Below, piece after piece: positions 27,830 to 38,403 of a DNA stretch of 45,308 nucleotides. A program made the position numbers and the translations under genes. Under the pieces are notes generated by a model that saw only the letters and a list, made by a program, of their open reading frames with translations, ran no database searches and was not told the origin of the DNA. Source of the stretch: an uncultured Bacilli bacterium (GTDB taxonomy: Bacteria > Bacillota_I > Bacilli_A > RFN20 > CAG-826). The stretch is taken from assembly GCA_944368945.1 (NCBI GenBank), contig CALVXH010000003.1, forward strand, positions 1 to 45,308. Direction: 5' to 3'. Position 1 is the first letter of the stretch; each line of letters starts with the position of its first letter.

Positions 27830-29441
27830 TTTCACTTTCCATTTTAACAGCTGCAGGTACTTTTGGTAAACCTGGCATAGTTAAAATATTTCCAGTCAAA
27901 ACAACAATAAAGCCCGCTCCATTTGAAAGATGTATATCTTTAACATGTAAGGTAAAATTACGAGGCACGTTTAATAATTTTGAATCATCAGAAAAACTTG
28001 ATTGTGTTTTAGCAATACAAATTGGCAAATTTTCTCTATTAAGTTTTCTAATATTTTCAATTGATCTAAGAGCCTTTTCTTCATATTGAACATCACTTGC
28101 ATGATAGATTTCTTTAGCAATTTTAGCTATTTTGTTCTCAATTGTATCTTCATATTTATAAAGAGTGTGATATTTAGACTTTGTAGTTTCTAACGCTTCA
28201 ACTACTCTATTAGCTAAATCAATGCTGCCATCGCCACCATTTAAGAAACCATCTAAGAACGCAAACTTAATGCCTAATTTATTTAACATTTCTTTTAATG
28301 TATCAATTTCAAGTTTTGTATCATCTTTAAAATGATTAATTGCAACCACAACTGGAACATCATATTTTCTTAAATTGTAATAATGCTGCTCTAAGTTTTT
28401 AAATCCTTCTTTTAAAGCACCAATGTTTTCAACCGTTAAATCTTCAAACTTAGTACCACCATGCAATTTTAAAGCACGAATTGTAGCAACTAAAACTATT
28501 AGATTTGGAGTTAAATTGCCAACTTTTGCAGTGATATCTAAAAATTTTTCAGCACCTAAATCAGCACCAAATCCTGCTTCAGTGATTGTAATAGGAGCTA
28601 CTTTGAGACCTAATTTTATAGAAATTAGGCTAGAGCATCCATGAGCAATGTTTGCAAAAGGACCTCCATGAATCAAGGCTGGATTTCCTTCTGCAGTTTG
28701 TACAATATTTGGAAGTAATGCATAATGCATTAATTTCATTACAGCGTTTGATATTTTTAAATCACTTAAATAAACAGGATTATCATCATAAGTATATGCA
28801 ACAATAATCTTCTTTATTCTCTCGTAAAAATCCTCTTCCGAAGTAGAAATACATAAAATAGCCATTAATTCACTTGCAACAGTTATTTCAAAATGGTCAG
28901 TTCTTTTTATTCCATTTTTTTCACTACCTAACCCAATTTCAATCTCACGTAATTCTCTTTCATTCATATCGAGAGCGCGCTTCCAAACAATCTTAGTTGG
29001 ATCAATATTTAATTCATTACCTTGATAAATATGATTATCGATAATTGCAGCAATCAAATTAATTGAACTAGTCAATGCATGCATATCACCAGTAAAATGA
29101 AGATTAATATCTTCATGTGGCTCAACTGTGACTTTTCCTCCACCAGTCGCACCACCTTTAAGTCCAAATACAGGACCTAAACTAGGTTCTCTAAGCGATA
29201 AAATCGCTTTTTGATGGATTTTAGCAAGACCATCCAATAAAGCGATGCTTGTAGTGGTTTTGCCTTCACCAGCTTTTGTTGGTGTAATAGCAGTTACTAA
29301 AACAAGTTTCCCATCAGGTCTGTTTTTAACACTATCAATAAATTTTTTAGATATTTTCGCTTTATAGTTTCCATACTTTTCTAAAGCACTTTCAGGAATA
29401 TCAACTTTTGCTGCAATTCTTTCAATCTTCTCTAATCTCAT
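27819..29441 (-). CDS. fhs: Formate-tetrahydrofolate ligase
   Basis: TPTKAGEGKTT, REPSLGP, INLHFTGD, HGGPFANIAHG, TEAGFGADLGAEKF, MPGLPK. Confidence 0.97.
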   Translation of the reverse strand: MRLEKIERIAAKVDIPESALEKYGNYKAKISKKFIDSVKNRPDGKLVLVTAITPTKAGEGKTTTSIALLDGLAKIHQKAILSLREPSLGPVFGLKGGATGGGKVTVEPHEDINLHFTGDMHALTSSINLIAAIIDNHIYQGNELNIDPTKIVWKRALDMNERELREIEIGLGSEKNGIKRTDHFEITVASELMAILCISTSEEDFYERIKKIIVAYTYDDNPVYLSDLKISNAVMKLMHYALLPNIVQTAEGNPALIHGGPFANIAHGCSSLISIKLGLKVAPITITEAGFGADLGAEKFLDITAKVGNLTPNLIVLVATIRALKLHGGTKFEDLTVENIGALKEGFKNLEQHYYNLRKYDVPVVVAINHFKDDTKLEIDTLKEMLNKLGIKFAFLDGFLNGGDGSIDLANRVVEALETTKSKYHTLYKYEDTIENKIAKIAKEIYHASDVQYEEKALRSIENIRKLNRENLPICIAKTQSSFSDDSKLLNVPRNFTLHVKDIHLSNGAGFIVVLTGNILTMPGLPKVPAAVKMESETIK

Positions 29442-29444
29442 AAT

Positions 29445-30122
29445 TTACCATCCTATTATTTTTCTAATTACAAAACTTGCTATATTTAATCCTGCACTAT
29501 TTGGAACAAATACAACTGAACTTATAATCTTATCTTTTATTATAGGAGTTTCACTAGAAAAGGCCACGTCAATCTTTGAAAGATCAATATTTTCCTTTCT
29601 AAGTAAGTATCTAAATTTTTTAGCTAAAGGGTCATTTGTAGTTTTATTTAATTTGGTAATTTCTACTTTACTTGGATCAACTCTATTTCCCATTCCTAAG
29701 CTAGATATTAGAGGAATACTTCTCTTAAAAGTTTCTTTAGCAATTAAAACTTTTGCATTAATATCATCAATGCAATCAATGACATAATCTGCTTTGTCTA
29801 AAACACTAAAATCAAAATTTTCATCAATATTTGCAGGGATTTTAGTGATTTTGATGTCATCTTGAATTTCATATAAGTGACTATATAAGGCATCAACCTT
29901 AAATTTTCCTATATCATTTATATTATAAGCAATTTGCCTATTTAAATTAGACTGATCAACTTTATCTTTATCGATAATTGTTATATTTTTAATTCCAGTT
30001 CTCACTAAAGAAATTGGGATAATTGAACCAACTCCACCAATTCCAATAACAACTATTTTTTTGTTATTCAATTTAAAAAAATCTTCTTGCAACAATAACT
30101 TAGTTCTTGAATCGATATCCAT
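29445..30122 (-). CDS. tcdA: ThiF-family tRNA threonylcarbamoyladenosine dehydratase
   Basis: GIGGVGS, SNLNRQ, DCID, SSLGMGNRVDP, DPLAKKFR, FSSE. Confidence 0.88.
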   Translation of the reverse strand: MDIDSRTKLLLQEDFFKLNNKKIVVIGIGGVGSIIPISLVRTGIKNITIIDKDKVDQSNLNRQIAYNINDIGKFKVDALYSHLYEIQDDIKITKIPANIDENFDFSVLDKADYVIDCIDDINAKVLIAKETFKRSIPLISSLGMGNRVDPSKVEITKLNKTTNDPLAKKFRYLLRKENIDLSKIDVAFSSETPIIKDKIISSVVFVPNSAGLNIASFVIRKIIGW

Positions 30123-30123
30123 A

Positions 30124-30981
30124 TTAAATACCTAAAAAACCCTCTGCGTCTTTCATAGAATTAAACCATTTAACATTTTCAAATTGATGCTTAAAAAAAG
30201 TCATCTGCCTTTTAGCATAATTCCTAGTATTTTTCTTAATTAACTCTTTAATTTCTTCTATACTTCCTTCGTTATTAAATTCTTTATATCCAATAGCTTG
30301 AAAAGCTCTTAATTTATTTCCATAAAAAGAGAATAAAGAGTTAACTTCTTTTTCTAATCCATTATCAAACATAATATCGACACGCTTATTAATTCTTTCA
30401 TATAAAAGAGAGCGTTCAATATTTAAGCCAATAAAAATTACATTAGAATATAAAAGATTGTTTTTACCATTATTGTTTAATTCAGTTTTACTTTTTCCAT
30501 GAATCTTATAAACATATAAGGCACGTAATAATCTTTTTCTATTATTAGGTCCAATTTTAATCGCATCCTCTTTATCTATTAATAGTAACTTTTTATATAA
30601 TTCCTCATTTGATAAATCATTTAAAAAATCATCAGGCATTTTCTCTTCTTCTAAAAATTTATAATCAAAAAGTAAAGCTTTTAAATAAAGTCCAGTTCCT
30701 CCAACCAAAATAACATTATCATTATTAAATTTGCTTAATAAGTTTCTCGCATCTTCTTGATAATTCATTACATCATATGGTTCAAGTACACTTCTAAAGC
30801 CATACAAAAAATATCTTCCACTTTCGAGTAATTCTTTCGAAGGTTTTGCTGTGCCTTTATCAAGTTCTTTATAAACTTGAAAAGCATCAAAATTAATAAC
30901 CGGATAATTAAGTTTAAGACTCAATTTTTCAGCCAAATCACTTTTGCCGGAACAAGTAGGACCTAAAATTGCATAAATCAT
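30124..30981 (-). CDS. miaA: tRNA dimethylallyltransferase
   Basis: GPTCSGKS, GTAKP, VGGTGLY, AIGYKE, TRNYAKRQMT. Confidence 0.96.
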   Translation of the reverse strand: MIYAILGPTCSGKSDLAEKLSLKLNYPVINFDAFQVYKELDKGTAKPSKELLESGRYFLYGFRSVLEPYDVMNYQEDARNLLSKFNNDNVILVGGTGLYLKALLFDYKFLEEEKMPDDFLNDLSNEELYKKLLLIDKEDAIKIGPNNRKRLLRALYVYKIHGKSKTELNNNGKNNLLYSNVIFIGLNIERSLLYERINKRVDIMFDNGLEKEVNSLFSFYGNKLRAFQAIGYKEFNNEGSIEEIKELIKKNTRNYAKRQMTFFKHQFENVKWFNSMKDAEGFLGI

Positions 30982-31268
30982 ATTTTTAATAAACTTCTAA
31001 CTTCATCCTTTAACTCTTTAATATCTTTTTTTAACGAATTATAGTTAGCAACTATTGGATTATTTTCGTATTCCTTTTTTAATTTAAAATATTCTTCTTT
31101 TTCTTCATCAGTTGGATTGCATTTTTGAAGAAACAAAATCTTATTTTTCATTTGGGTTAAAGTTACATCATTTTCAAGTAATTCTTTATAATGAAGATAT
31201 TCTTTAACTAGTGACATTTCTTTTAATTCTTTATTTATGTCATCTGCTTTTAAATATAAATTATTCAT
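30978..31268 (-). CDS. YlbF/YmcA (RicA-like) family regulator
   Basis: Helical 96 aa protein with 'LVKEY' and 'NPIVANY'; directly downstream of miaB as ymcA is in Bacilli. Confidence 0.7.
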   Translation of the reverse strand: MNNLYLKADDINKELKEMSLVKEYLHYKELLENDVTLTQMKNKILFLQKCNPTDEEKEEYFKLKKEYENNPIVANYNSLKKDIKELKDEVRSLLKI

Positions 31269-32700
31269 TAATAAGTTCTCCGACTAAGAAATGGAGATGA
31301 CTTTCAGTAATTTTTACTTTAACAATTTGTCCAACCAATGACGAGTCGCCTTTAAAGTGAACAAGTTTATTTGTTTCAGTATATCCACTTAATAGTTCTT
31401 TATTCTTTTTGGATTCTCCATCAACTAAAACTTCATAAACATTTCCAACCATTTCTTTGGAATGCTTTTCAAAATTAACTTCTAATGCACTAACAAGTTC
31501 TCTAAATCTTTTACTTTTTTCTTCATAAGGAACATTGTCAACAAGTCTTGCTGCTGGAGTGCCTTTTCTTGGCGAATATATAAAAGTATATGCACTTGTA
31601 TAATCAGCCTTTAAAGAAACTTCGATTGTCTTTTTAACATCCTCGTAAGTTTCATTAGGGAAACCGACAATAATATCTGTTGATAATGCAATATTTGGGA
31701 TTTTAGCTCTAATTCTGCTAACAAGATTTAAATATTCTTCACTTGTATATCTTCTTCCCATTCTTCTTAATACATCATCACTGCCACTTTGAATTGGTAA
31801 ATGGAGATATTTCATAATGTTTGGATATTTAGCCATAACATCAATAACATCATCTTTAAAATCACTTGGATAACTAGTCAAAAATCTTAGTCTTGGGATT
31901 CCTAATTTAGCAACCTCTTCTAAAAGTTGCGCAAAAGTTACACCATTTTTTAAATCTTTACCATAACTATCAACATTTTGGCCCAATAAAGTAATTTCTT
32001 TAAAGCCTTCATCAACAAGAATTTTACATTCATCTAAGATGTCATTAATGTCTCTACTTCTTTCTTTTCCTCTTGTATAAGGAACAATACAATAAGTACA
32101 GAATTTGTCACAGCCATAAGTGATATTAACAAAAGCTTTATAGTTATCTATACGAGTAACAGGCATTTTTTCAATAATATTACCTTCAAAACTAGACACA
32201 TCAACATAACGTGACTTCTTAGTTATATATTCATCTAATAATTTAAGTAAATCTTGAATATTATGAGTTCCAAAAAATACATCAACATGAGGATATCTTT
32301 CTAGTGTTTGTTCGATGATATGTTTTTGCTCAACCATACAACCACAAAGCATCAAAACTAAATTTTTATTCTTTGCCTTTAAATTCTTAAATTCCCCAAT
32401 TTCACCAAAAACTTTATCTTCAGCATTTTCTCTAACAGCGCATGTATTAATAATAGCGACATCTGCCTTACTAGGATCATCAGTTTTAATCATTCCAATT
32501 GATTCTAAAAGACCCATCATTGTCTCTTCATCTCTAACATTAGCTTGACAACCATGAGTATGTATATATGCATATTTGCCTGAAAAACGATCAATTAATT
32601 CTTTACTTGGCTTATAATCATAGTAAATTGTTTTAATAGAATCTACTCTCTTTCTAGCTTTGTCCATGTCTGGCATATTTTCAAATATTGTTTTTTTCAT
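31261..32700 (-). CDS. miaB: tRNA-2-methylthio-N6-dimethylallyladenosine synthase
   Basis: GCQAN, NTCAVRENAE, radical SAM CDKFCTYC, C-terminal TRAM domain. Confidence 0.97.
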   Translation of the reverse strand: MKKTIFENMPDMDKARKRVDSIKTIYYDYKPSKELIDRFSGKYAYIHTHGCQANVRDEETMMGLLESIGMIKTDDPSKADVAIINTCAVRENAEDKVFGEIGEFKNLKAKNKNLVLMLCGCMVEQKHIIEQTLERYPHVDVFFGTHNIQDLLKLLDEYITKKSRYVDVSSFEGNIIEKMPVTRIDNYKAFVNITYGCDKFCTYCIVPYTRGKERSRDINDILDECKILVDEGFKEITLLGQNVDSYGKDLKNGVTFAQLLEEVAKLGIPRLRFLTSYPSDFKDDVIDVMAKYPNIMKYLHLPIQSGSDDVLRRMGRRYTSEEYLNLVSRIRAKIPNIALSTDIIVGFPNETYEDVKKTIEVSLKADYTSAYTFIYSPRKGTPAARLVDNVPYEEKSKRFRELVSALEVNFEKHSKEMVGNVYEVLVDGESKKNKELLSGYTETNKLVHFKGDSSLVGQIVKVKITESHLHFLVGELINE

Positions 32701-32702
32701 AA

Positions 32703-33497
32703 TTAGTTTTGTGCCTTTCTATTCAAAATATTAATTGGGATAATTTCTAATGGTTTTAAAGTTAAATCATCAAATTTTAATACAACAGCATTAAAAATTG
32801 AATCATCATCTTCTAATAGTTTAAATCTTGCTTTATCATTGTGTAAAATAACACGCTCAACAACGCTATTAATCTCATCTCCGAGTACACTATTATACGA
32901 ACCACACATACCTACATCAGATATAAATAATGTGCCATTATTTAATACTTGGGCATCACTAGTTTGAACGTGTGTATGAGTTCCTACTAAAGCACTAACG
33001 CAACCCTTGAGTGCATATGCTAACGCCTTTTTTTCTCCAGTAGCTTCTGCATGAAAATCTACAATGTGAATGTCACTTTCATCTTTAGAAATAACATTAA
33101 TTAATTCTAAATAAGGATCCTTAACTTCAAACTTGCTAAATGCAGCTCCAAGAACATTAGTAACCCTTATTTTTATACCATTAACGTCAAATAATTTTGT
33201 GCCTTCACCAGGAAAGTCATCCTTTAGATTTAATGGTCGAACTATTTCATCACTAAAATTTATATAGTTTTGAATCTCCTCTCTATCCTTATAATGATTT
33301 CCTAAAGTAATGCAATTAACACCATTATTTATTAAGAAATGATAATGATTTTCATTCATGCCTCTTCCATTTGAGATATTTTCTCCATTAGCAATAGTAA
33401 AATCAATATCATATTTTTCCTTAACAAAAGAAAGGTTCTTACTAAGAGCCTTCCTTCCAACTTTACCTACTATGTCTCCGATAAATAATATATTCAT
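32703..33497 (-). CDS. ymdB: YmdB family metallophosphoesterase
   Basis: GDIVG, NGEN, LGNH, DFHAEAT, GTHTH, DVGMCG; follows rny. Confidence 0.94.
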   Translation of the reverse strand: MNILFIGDIVGKVGRKALSKNLSFVKEKYDIDFTIANGENISNGRGMNENHYHFLINNGVNCITLGNHYKDREEIQNYINFSDEIVRPLNLKDDFPGEGTKLFDVNGIKIRVTNVLGAAFSKFEVKDPYLELINVISKDESDIHIVDFHAEATGEKKALAYALKGCVSALVGTHTHVQTSDAQVLNNGTLFISDVGMCGSYNSVLGDEINSVVERVILHNDKARFKLLEDDDSIFNAVVLKFDDLTLKPLEIIPINILNRKAQN

Positions 33498-35104
33498 TAC
33501 TTAGCAGTCTCTTGCGCACGATATTCTCTAATGACATTAACCTTAATTTGACCTGGATAAGTCATTTCTTTTTCGATTCTGTCTTTAATATCTCTTGCTA
33601 ATTTAAACGCTTGTAAGTCGTCAATCTTTTCTGGTACAACCATAACTCTTACTTCTCTACCACTTTGCATAGCATAGCATTGGCTAACACCATCATAAGA
33701 TTTAGCAATTGATTCGAGCTGTTCAACTCTCTTTATATAAGTTTCTAAAGTCTCACTACGTGCTCCTGGTCTTGCAGCACTTAATGTATCAGCAGCAATA
33801 ACAAGATAAGCGATTACTGATTTTGGTTGAACATCTCCGTGATGAGCTTCAATAGCATTAACAACTAAATCATTCTCACCATATTTCTTAGCCATCCTTG
33901 CACCTAACTCAATATGACTACCTTCAACTTCAAAATCAAGTCCTTTTCCTAAATCATGTAACAAGCCAGCTCTTTTAGCAAGTTGTTGATTTAAGCCTAA
34001 TTCAGCTGCCATTGCTCCACAAAGTTTTGCGGTTTCAACACTATGATCTAATTGATTTTGACCATAACTAGTACGATATTTTAAACGTCCAACTAAAGCC
34101 ACTAAATCTTTATTCATATTACTAATACCAAGTTTAAAGACTGCATCTTCACCAGCTTTTTTAATGGTATCATTTACTTCTTTTTGGCACTTTGCAACTA
34201 CTTCTTCAATTCTTCCAGGTTGAATACGTCCATCTTTAATCAATACGTTTAATGCTCTAGTAGCGACCTCTCTTCTAATAGGATTAAAGCAGGAAACTGT
34301 AATTGCTTCTGGAGTATCATCGATAATAATATCTACACCAAGCATTTGTTCAAGAGACTTAATGTTTCTACCTTCTCTGCCAATGATTCTACCTTTCATT
34401 TCATCACTAGGTAATGTAACTGTAGAAACAGTTCTTTCAGTCGTAACTTCTTGAGCATGTCTAGCAATAGCGCTGCAAAGAATTTCTTTTGCATCTTCAT
34501 CAGCTCTAGCCTCAGCTTCTTCTTCACGTTCCTTCATCATTTTAGCAATATTTTGTTGCTCTTTTTCTTCAACACGTCTAAAAATCTCATCACGTGCATC
34601 TTTTTCAGTTAATTTTCCAATGTTCTCAAGTTCAGCAAGAATAGAATTAATTTTTTCATCAAGAACTTTTGATTTTTTCTTATTTTCTTCAATTTGATTA
34701 TCAATCTGTTGCTCTTTAATTTCGAGGTTATTTTCTTTTTTTAGAAGAGCTTGATCTCTAGCATCAATTGATTGTTCTCTTTGAAGAAGTTTTGCTTCTT
34801 GTGAAACAATTTCTTGTTTCCTCTCTTTAATGTCTTTTTCAGCTTCTTGTTTCATCTCGAAAACAGTTTGCTTTGCATCGATTTGAGCATTCTTCTGAAT
34901 TTTTTCAGCCTTAACATTAGCGTCATTAATTATTTTTTCAGCGTTGTTTTGCGCTCTTTTTGCCTTCATATTAGGTAAAACTACACAAATTGCAAATCCA
35001 ATAGCAGCGCCTATTAGTAAGCAAACAATTAATAATATTACCCAAATATAAGTAGGTAAGGCATTATCAACTAAGACGTTAATTGTGCCAAATACACTAT
35101 TCAT
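33497..35104 (-). CDS. rny: Ribonuclease Y
   Basis: N-terminal TM, coiled coil, KH ([13 protein letters not shown]), HD (LLHDLGK), [12 protein letters not shown]. Confidence 0.98.
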   Translation of the reverse strand: MNSVFGTINVLVDNALPTYIWVILLIVCLLIGAAIGFAICVVLPNMKAKRAQNNAEKIINDANVKAEKIQKNAQIDAKQTVFEMKQEAEKDIKERKQEIVSQEAKLLQREQSIDARDQALLKKENNLEIKEQQIDNQIEENKKKSKVLDEKINSILAELENIGKLTEKDARDEIFRRVEEKEQQNIAKMMKEREEEAEARADEDAKEILCSAIARHAQEVTTERTVSTVTLPSDEMKGRIIGREGRNIKSLEQMLGVDIIIDDTPEAITVSCFNPIRREVATRALNVLIKDGRIQPGRIEEVVAKCQKEVNDTIKKAGEDAVFKLGISNMNKDLVALVGRLKYRTSYGQNQLDHSVETAKLCGAMAAELGLNQQLAKRAGLLHDLGKGLDFEVEGSHIELGARMAKKYGENDLVVNAIEAHHGDVQPKSVIAYLVIAADTLSAARPGARSETLETYIKRVEQLESIAKSYDGVSQCYAMQSGREVRVMVVPEKIDDLQAFKLARDIKDRIEKEMTYPGQIKVNVIREYRAQETAK

Positions 35105-35253
35105 AATAAAATCTCCTTTATCAAAAAGGTATCATCAGACACAAATCAATAAAATAAAGTTTATTTATCTATATATAACAAATTATATTAATAATTAATT
35201 AGTATCTTTTTGATACTAAATTATTATATCTTAATTTGTTCTGGCCTTCTACA

Positions 35254-36282
35254 TTAAAAAATAGGATTTTGTATAGGCGCAGGATCTACTACGCCGTTCA
35301 CTATCTCGTCTTTAAGTCTTTTAAATATATCGTTATTTTCTCTTAAAAATTGTTTAGCAGTTTCTCTGCCTTGTCCCATTCTTTGTCCATAAACCTCATA
35401 CCATGAACCACTCTTTTTAACAATTCCTTTTTCAATTGCTAAATCAAGCAATTCACCTTCTTTTGAGATTCCTTTTCCGTATATGATATCAACTTTACAA
35501 CTTTTGAATGGTGGTGAAACCTTATTCTTTACCACTTTAATTGTTACAACGTTTCCAATAATATTTATTCCATCTTTAATCGCTTCGCTTCTCCTAATAT
35601 CAATGCGAACACTTGAATAGAACTTTAAAGCTCTCCCGCCAGTTGTTGTTTCATTATTTCCATAAATAACACCAACCTTTTCTCTAAGTTGATTTATAAA
35701 AATTAATGTACAACCATTTTTATTTAAAACTCCAGTAATTTTTCTCATTGCTTTTGACATCATTCGAGCCTGCAAACCAACGCTAGAATCAGTCATTTGT
35801 CCTTCTAATTCAGCTTGAGGAACTAATGCAGCAACGCTATCAACTACAATTAATGAAAATACACCACTTTTTGCAAGTCTTTCAACAATTTCAAGAGCTT
35901 CTTCACCAGTATCAGGTTGACTTAAAATAAGGTTATCAATGTCTACACCTAGTACTTTGGCATAATCAGGATCGATACTATTTTCAGCATCAATATATGC
36001 CGCATATCCTCCTTTAGCTTGTACTTCAGCAACCGCAGTTAAAGCAAGGGTGGTTTTACCACTACTTTCTGGACCATATATTTCAATGATTCTCCCTTTA
36101 GGATAGCCACCAACTCCAAGGCAATTATCTAGAAGTATACTCCCACTAGAAATCGCATCGCAATCAACATTAGGATGATCTCCTAATCTAACAACCGACC
36201 CCTTGCCAAATTCTTTTTCAACTTGGAATAAAATATTTTTTAGTGCGTCGCTACTAATAGTTTTCTTTTTTTCTTCGTTCAT
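35254..36282 (-). CDS. recA: Recombinase A
   Basis: [31 protein letters not shown]. Confidence 0.99.
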   Translation of the reverse strand: MNEEKKKTISSDALKNILFQVEKEFGKGSVVRLGDHPNVDCDAISSGSILLDNCLGVGGYPKGRIIEIYGPESSGKTTLALTAVAEVQAKGGYAAYIDAENSIDPDYAKVLGVDIDNLILSQPDTGEEALEIVERLAKSGVFSLIVVDSVAALVPQAELEGQMTDSSVGLQARMMSKAMRKITGVLNKNGCTLIFINQLREKVGVIYGNNETTTGGRALKFYSSVRIDIRRSEAIKDGINIIGNVVTIKVVKNKVSPPFKSCKVDIIYGKGISKEGELLDLAIEKGIVKKSGSWYEVYGQRMGQGRETAKQFLRENNDIFKRLKDEIVNGVVDPAPIQNPIF

Positions 36283-36337
36283 TAAAAACTCCTTTCACTA
36301 TGCACAACAAACAGAATAACAATTTTTTTCTTTTTTG

Positions 36338-36814
36338 TTATTTAGATTGTGTAATAATGCTTAAAACTGTTGAAATTACAGCTTCAACACAATATTCTCT
36401 TAAAACATTTCTTTCCATTTGTAAATGTAATGGGATTGGCCATGCTTGTCCATTGAAGACGATACACATAAAGCATGTACCAACATCTGTACCTTCTTCA
36501 CAAACTGCTGGTCCTGCATTTCCAGTAAATGCAACACAAACATCAACACCTAAAAGTTTTTGACCTTTAATAGCCATTTGTTGACAAACTTCATAGCTAA
36601 CAACACCATATTTATCGATATATTCTTGTGGAATACCAACAACATTAACTTTTACTTCTGGTGAATAAGCGACTATGCTTCCTTTAAAAACTTTACTTGC
36701 ACCACTTACATCTGTAAATGTTTTTGCAAATAATCCACCTGTAAAAGATTCAACGGAACCAATAGTTAAATTTCTATTAGCTAATTCATCAATAAGTTTT
36801 TGGACATTATTCAT
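36338..36814 (-). CDS. cinA: CinA C-terminal domain-only protein (PncC-like NMN deamidase)
   Basis: VESFTGG, SGAS, GVVS, TGNAGP; between pgsA and recA. Confidence 0.88.
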   Translation of the reverse strand: MNNVQKLIDELANRNLTIGSVESFTGGLFAKTFTDVSGASKVFKGSIVAYSPEVKVNVVGIPQEYIDKYGVVSYEVCQQMAIKGQKLLGVDVCVAFTGNAGPAVCEEGTDVGTCFMCIVFNGQAWPIPLHLQMERNVLREYCVEAVISTVLSIITQSK

Positions 36815-37484
36815 TATTTTCCCCTCCTAAAACATGAATGTTTTGTTTTACATAAATTACGCCACTTAAAACACTAAAGAATGTGGCAATATAACAAAGC
36901 CAATCACTAATATGCAAATACATTGGCCAATTATAATCAAAATATGAAAATGGGAATCCATTTAATAAAACAATCAAAATAGCAAACATTTGAGTAATTG
37001 TTTTAACTTTTCCAAATACATTAGCAGCAATAACAACTCGTTTTTGAGCAGCCATGAACCTTAATCCATCAACTACTAAATCTCTAACAACCATTATAAT
37101 TACGCAAAAGAATGGAAATTTAGCATCAAGACCTAAACTTGTGAAATTTAGTGCTAAAAATATCATCATTGAATTAACTAACATTTTGTCAGCAATAGGA
37201 TCTAAGAATTTGCCCAAATCAGTTACTTCGTTATTTTTTCTTGCTAAATATCCATCAAGTGAATCTGTAAGACTAGCTAATGCGAATACAGCAAAAATAA
37301 TAATCATAATCCAATTAATTGTTGGACCATCTAATGATGAAGTTAAATTTATATTTCCTGAAAGTGCGATACTGATTACACCAAATTGATCTAATAAATA
37401 AAGAATAATTAAAGTAATAATTAAAAATAATGCCATTATAATACGGCAAATTGTTATTTTTGTAGGTAAATTAATCTTCTTCAT
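36807..37484 (-). CDS. pgsA: CDP-diacylglycerol--glycerol-3-phosphate 3-phosphatidyltransferase (start corrected to 37484, MKKINLP)
   Basis: TDSLDGYLARK...GKFLDPIADK CDP-alcohol signature; GKVKT. Confidence 0.95.
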   Translation of the reverse strand: MKKINLPTKITICRIIMALFLIITLIILYLLDQFGVISIALSGNINLTSSLDGPTINWIMIIIFAVFALASLTDSLDGYLARKNNEVTDLGKFLDPIADKMLVNSMMIFLALNFTSLGLDAKFPFFCVIIMVVRDLVVDGLRFMAAQKRVVIAANVFGKVKTITQMFAILIVLLNGFPFSYFDYNWPMYLHISDWLCYIATFFSVLSGVIYVKQNIHVLGGENNE

Positions 37485-37510
37485 AGTTAGTGCACTTTCT
37501 TCATGAGTAC

Positions 37511-37848
37511 TCAGTCCGTAAGCCATGTTATGTTTTATGCAATCATTTATCTAAACTTACGTTTACTAGTTGGGATTCAGTTCTCCTTCCTAATCTCCTC
37601 TACCAAAATTTGAGTTTCTCGCTTAAGGGGTTTACCAACGTTTCATTTTACTCTTTCAAGTAAATTCGTCACTGTGGCACTTTATGGATTCCAATCATGA
37701 GTAATCTTTTAGATCTTCATCCGCCGTTACTTTCTCCAAAGTACCTAGCCTTATTTTTTAAGCTAGCATAATCACTACTTCCATCGCAGGAAGTGCGAGC
37801 ATGGACTTTCCTCTAATTCATAAAAGAATCAGCGATTGCATGGACTGA
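37511..37848 (-). ncRNA. rnpB: RNase P RNA, bacterial type B (about 338 nt)
   Basis: Minus strand GAGGAAAGTCCATGCT, AAGTGCCACAGTGACG, GGTAAACCCC, TAGATAAATGATTG, AACATGGCTTA; P1 TCAGTCC/GGACTGA closes the ends; downstream of gpsB as in Bacilli. Confidence 0.96.
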
Positions 37849-37852
37849 AATG

Positions 37853-38209
37853 CTATTTAATCTTGCTAGGATCAATACCCATTTGATAAAGTTTCTTCTC
37901 ATAAGCACTGCAGCGTTGTAACAACTCTAAGTTATCAAGAGAGGATTGATGAGATGTTGATAATGCAATATTTTTACTCTTCTGAATAGAAATAACAGTA
38001 TCTTTTTCTCTAAGTGATGCTTTTAATGTTTCATTATCTCTTTTAAGAGAAATAATTTTTCCGTTTAGCGCATCAATTTCTTTATCAATGGACTTATAAT
38101 CTTCAAGAATTTTATCTAAAAAAGCATCAACCTCATCAGGATCATATCCCTTTTGATTTTGCTTGAATTTTTTATTTAAAATATCTTTCCAATCTAGATT
38201 AAGTTTCAT
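37853..38209 (-). CDS. gpsB: DivIVA-domain protein GpsB (start corrected to 38209)
   Basis: DILNKKFK...GYDPDEVDAFLDKI; C-terminal 'NLELLQRCSAYEKKL' like GpsB; upstream of rnpB. Confidence 0.85.
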   Translation of the reverse strand: MKLNLDWKDILNKKFKQNQKGYDPDEVDAFLDKILEDYKSIDKEIDALNGKIISLKRDNETLKASLREKDTVISIQKSKNIALSTSHQSSLDNLELLQRCSAYEKKLYQMGIDPSKIK

Positions 38210-38228
38210 TGTATTTCCTAACATATAA

Positions 38229-38257
38229 ATTATATTCGAGAACTTGAATATTATCAA
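38229..38257 (-). promoter_or_regulatory. Putative sigma-A promoter for gpsB-rnpB-pgsA operon
   Basis: TTGATA-17 nt-TATAAT. Confidence 0.65.
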
Positions 38258-38367
38258 TAAATTACAGTTCTTTTACTAGATAAAATGCACTCAATTATTA
38301 AGTTAAAAAAGAGCAAGAATTAATTTAAAAATAGAAAAATAAAATCTTTTGAAATGTTTTACTTATG

Positions 38368-38396
38368 TTGAAAGAGAAATCAAAAGTTTTTATAAT
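38368..38396 (+). promoter_or_regulatory. Putative sigma-A promoter giving a leaderless exonuclease mRNA
   Basis: TTGAAA-17 nt-TATAAT, ATG 7 nt downstream, no SD. Confidence 0.65.
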
Positions 38397-38403
38397 TCAT
38401 GTT

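Noticed and set aside
36283-36337. LexA (SOS) box upstream of recA
   Set aside because: No GAAC-N4-GTTC match in the spacer.
37485-37526. N-terminal extension of pgsA in the ORF track
   Set aside because: It overlaps the conserved 3' end of RNase P RNA; homology begins at MKKINLP.
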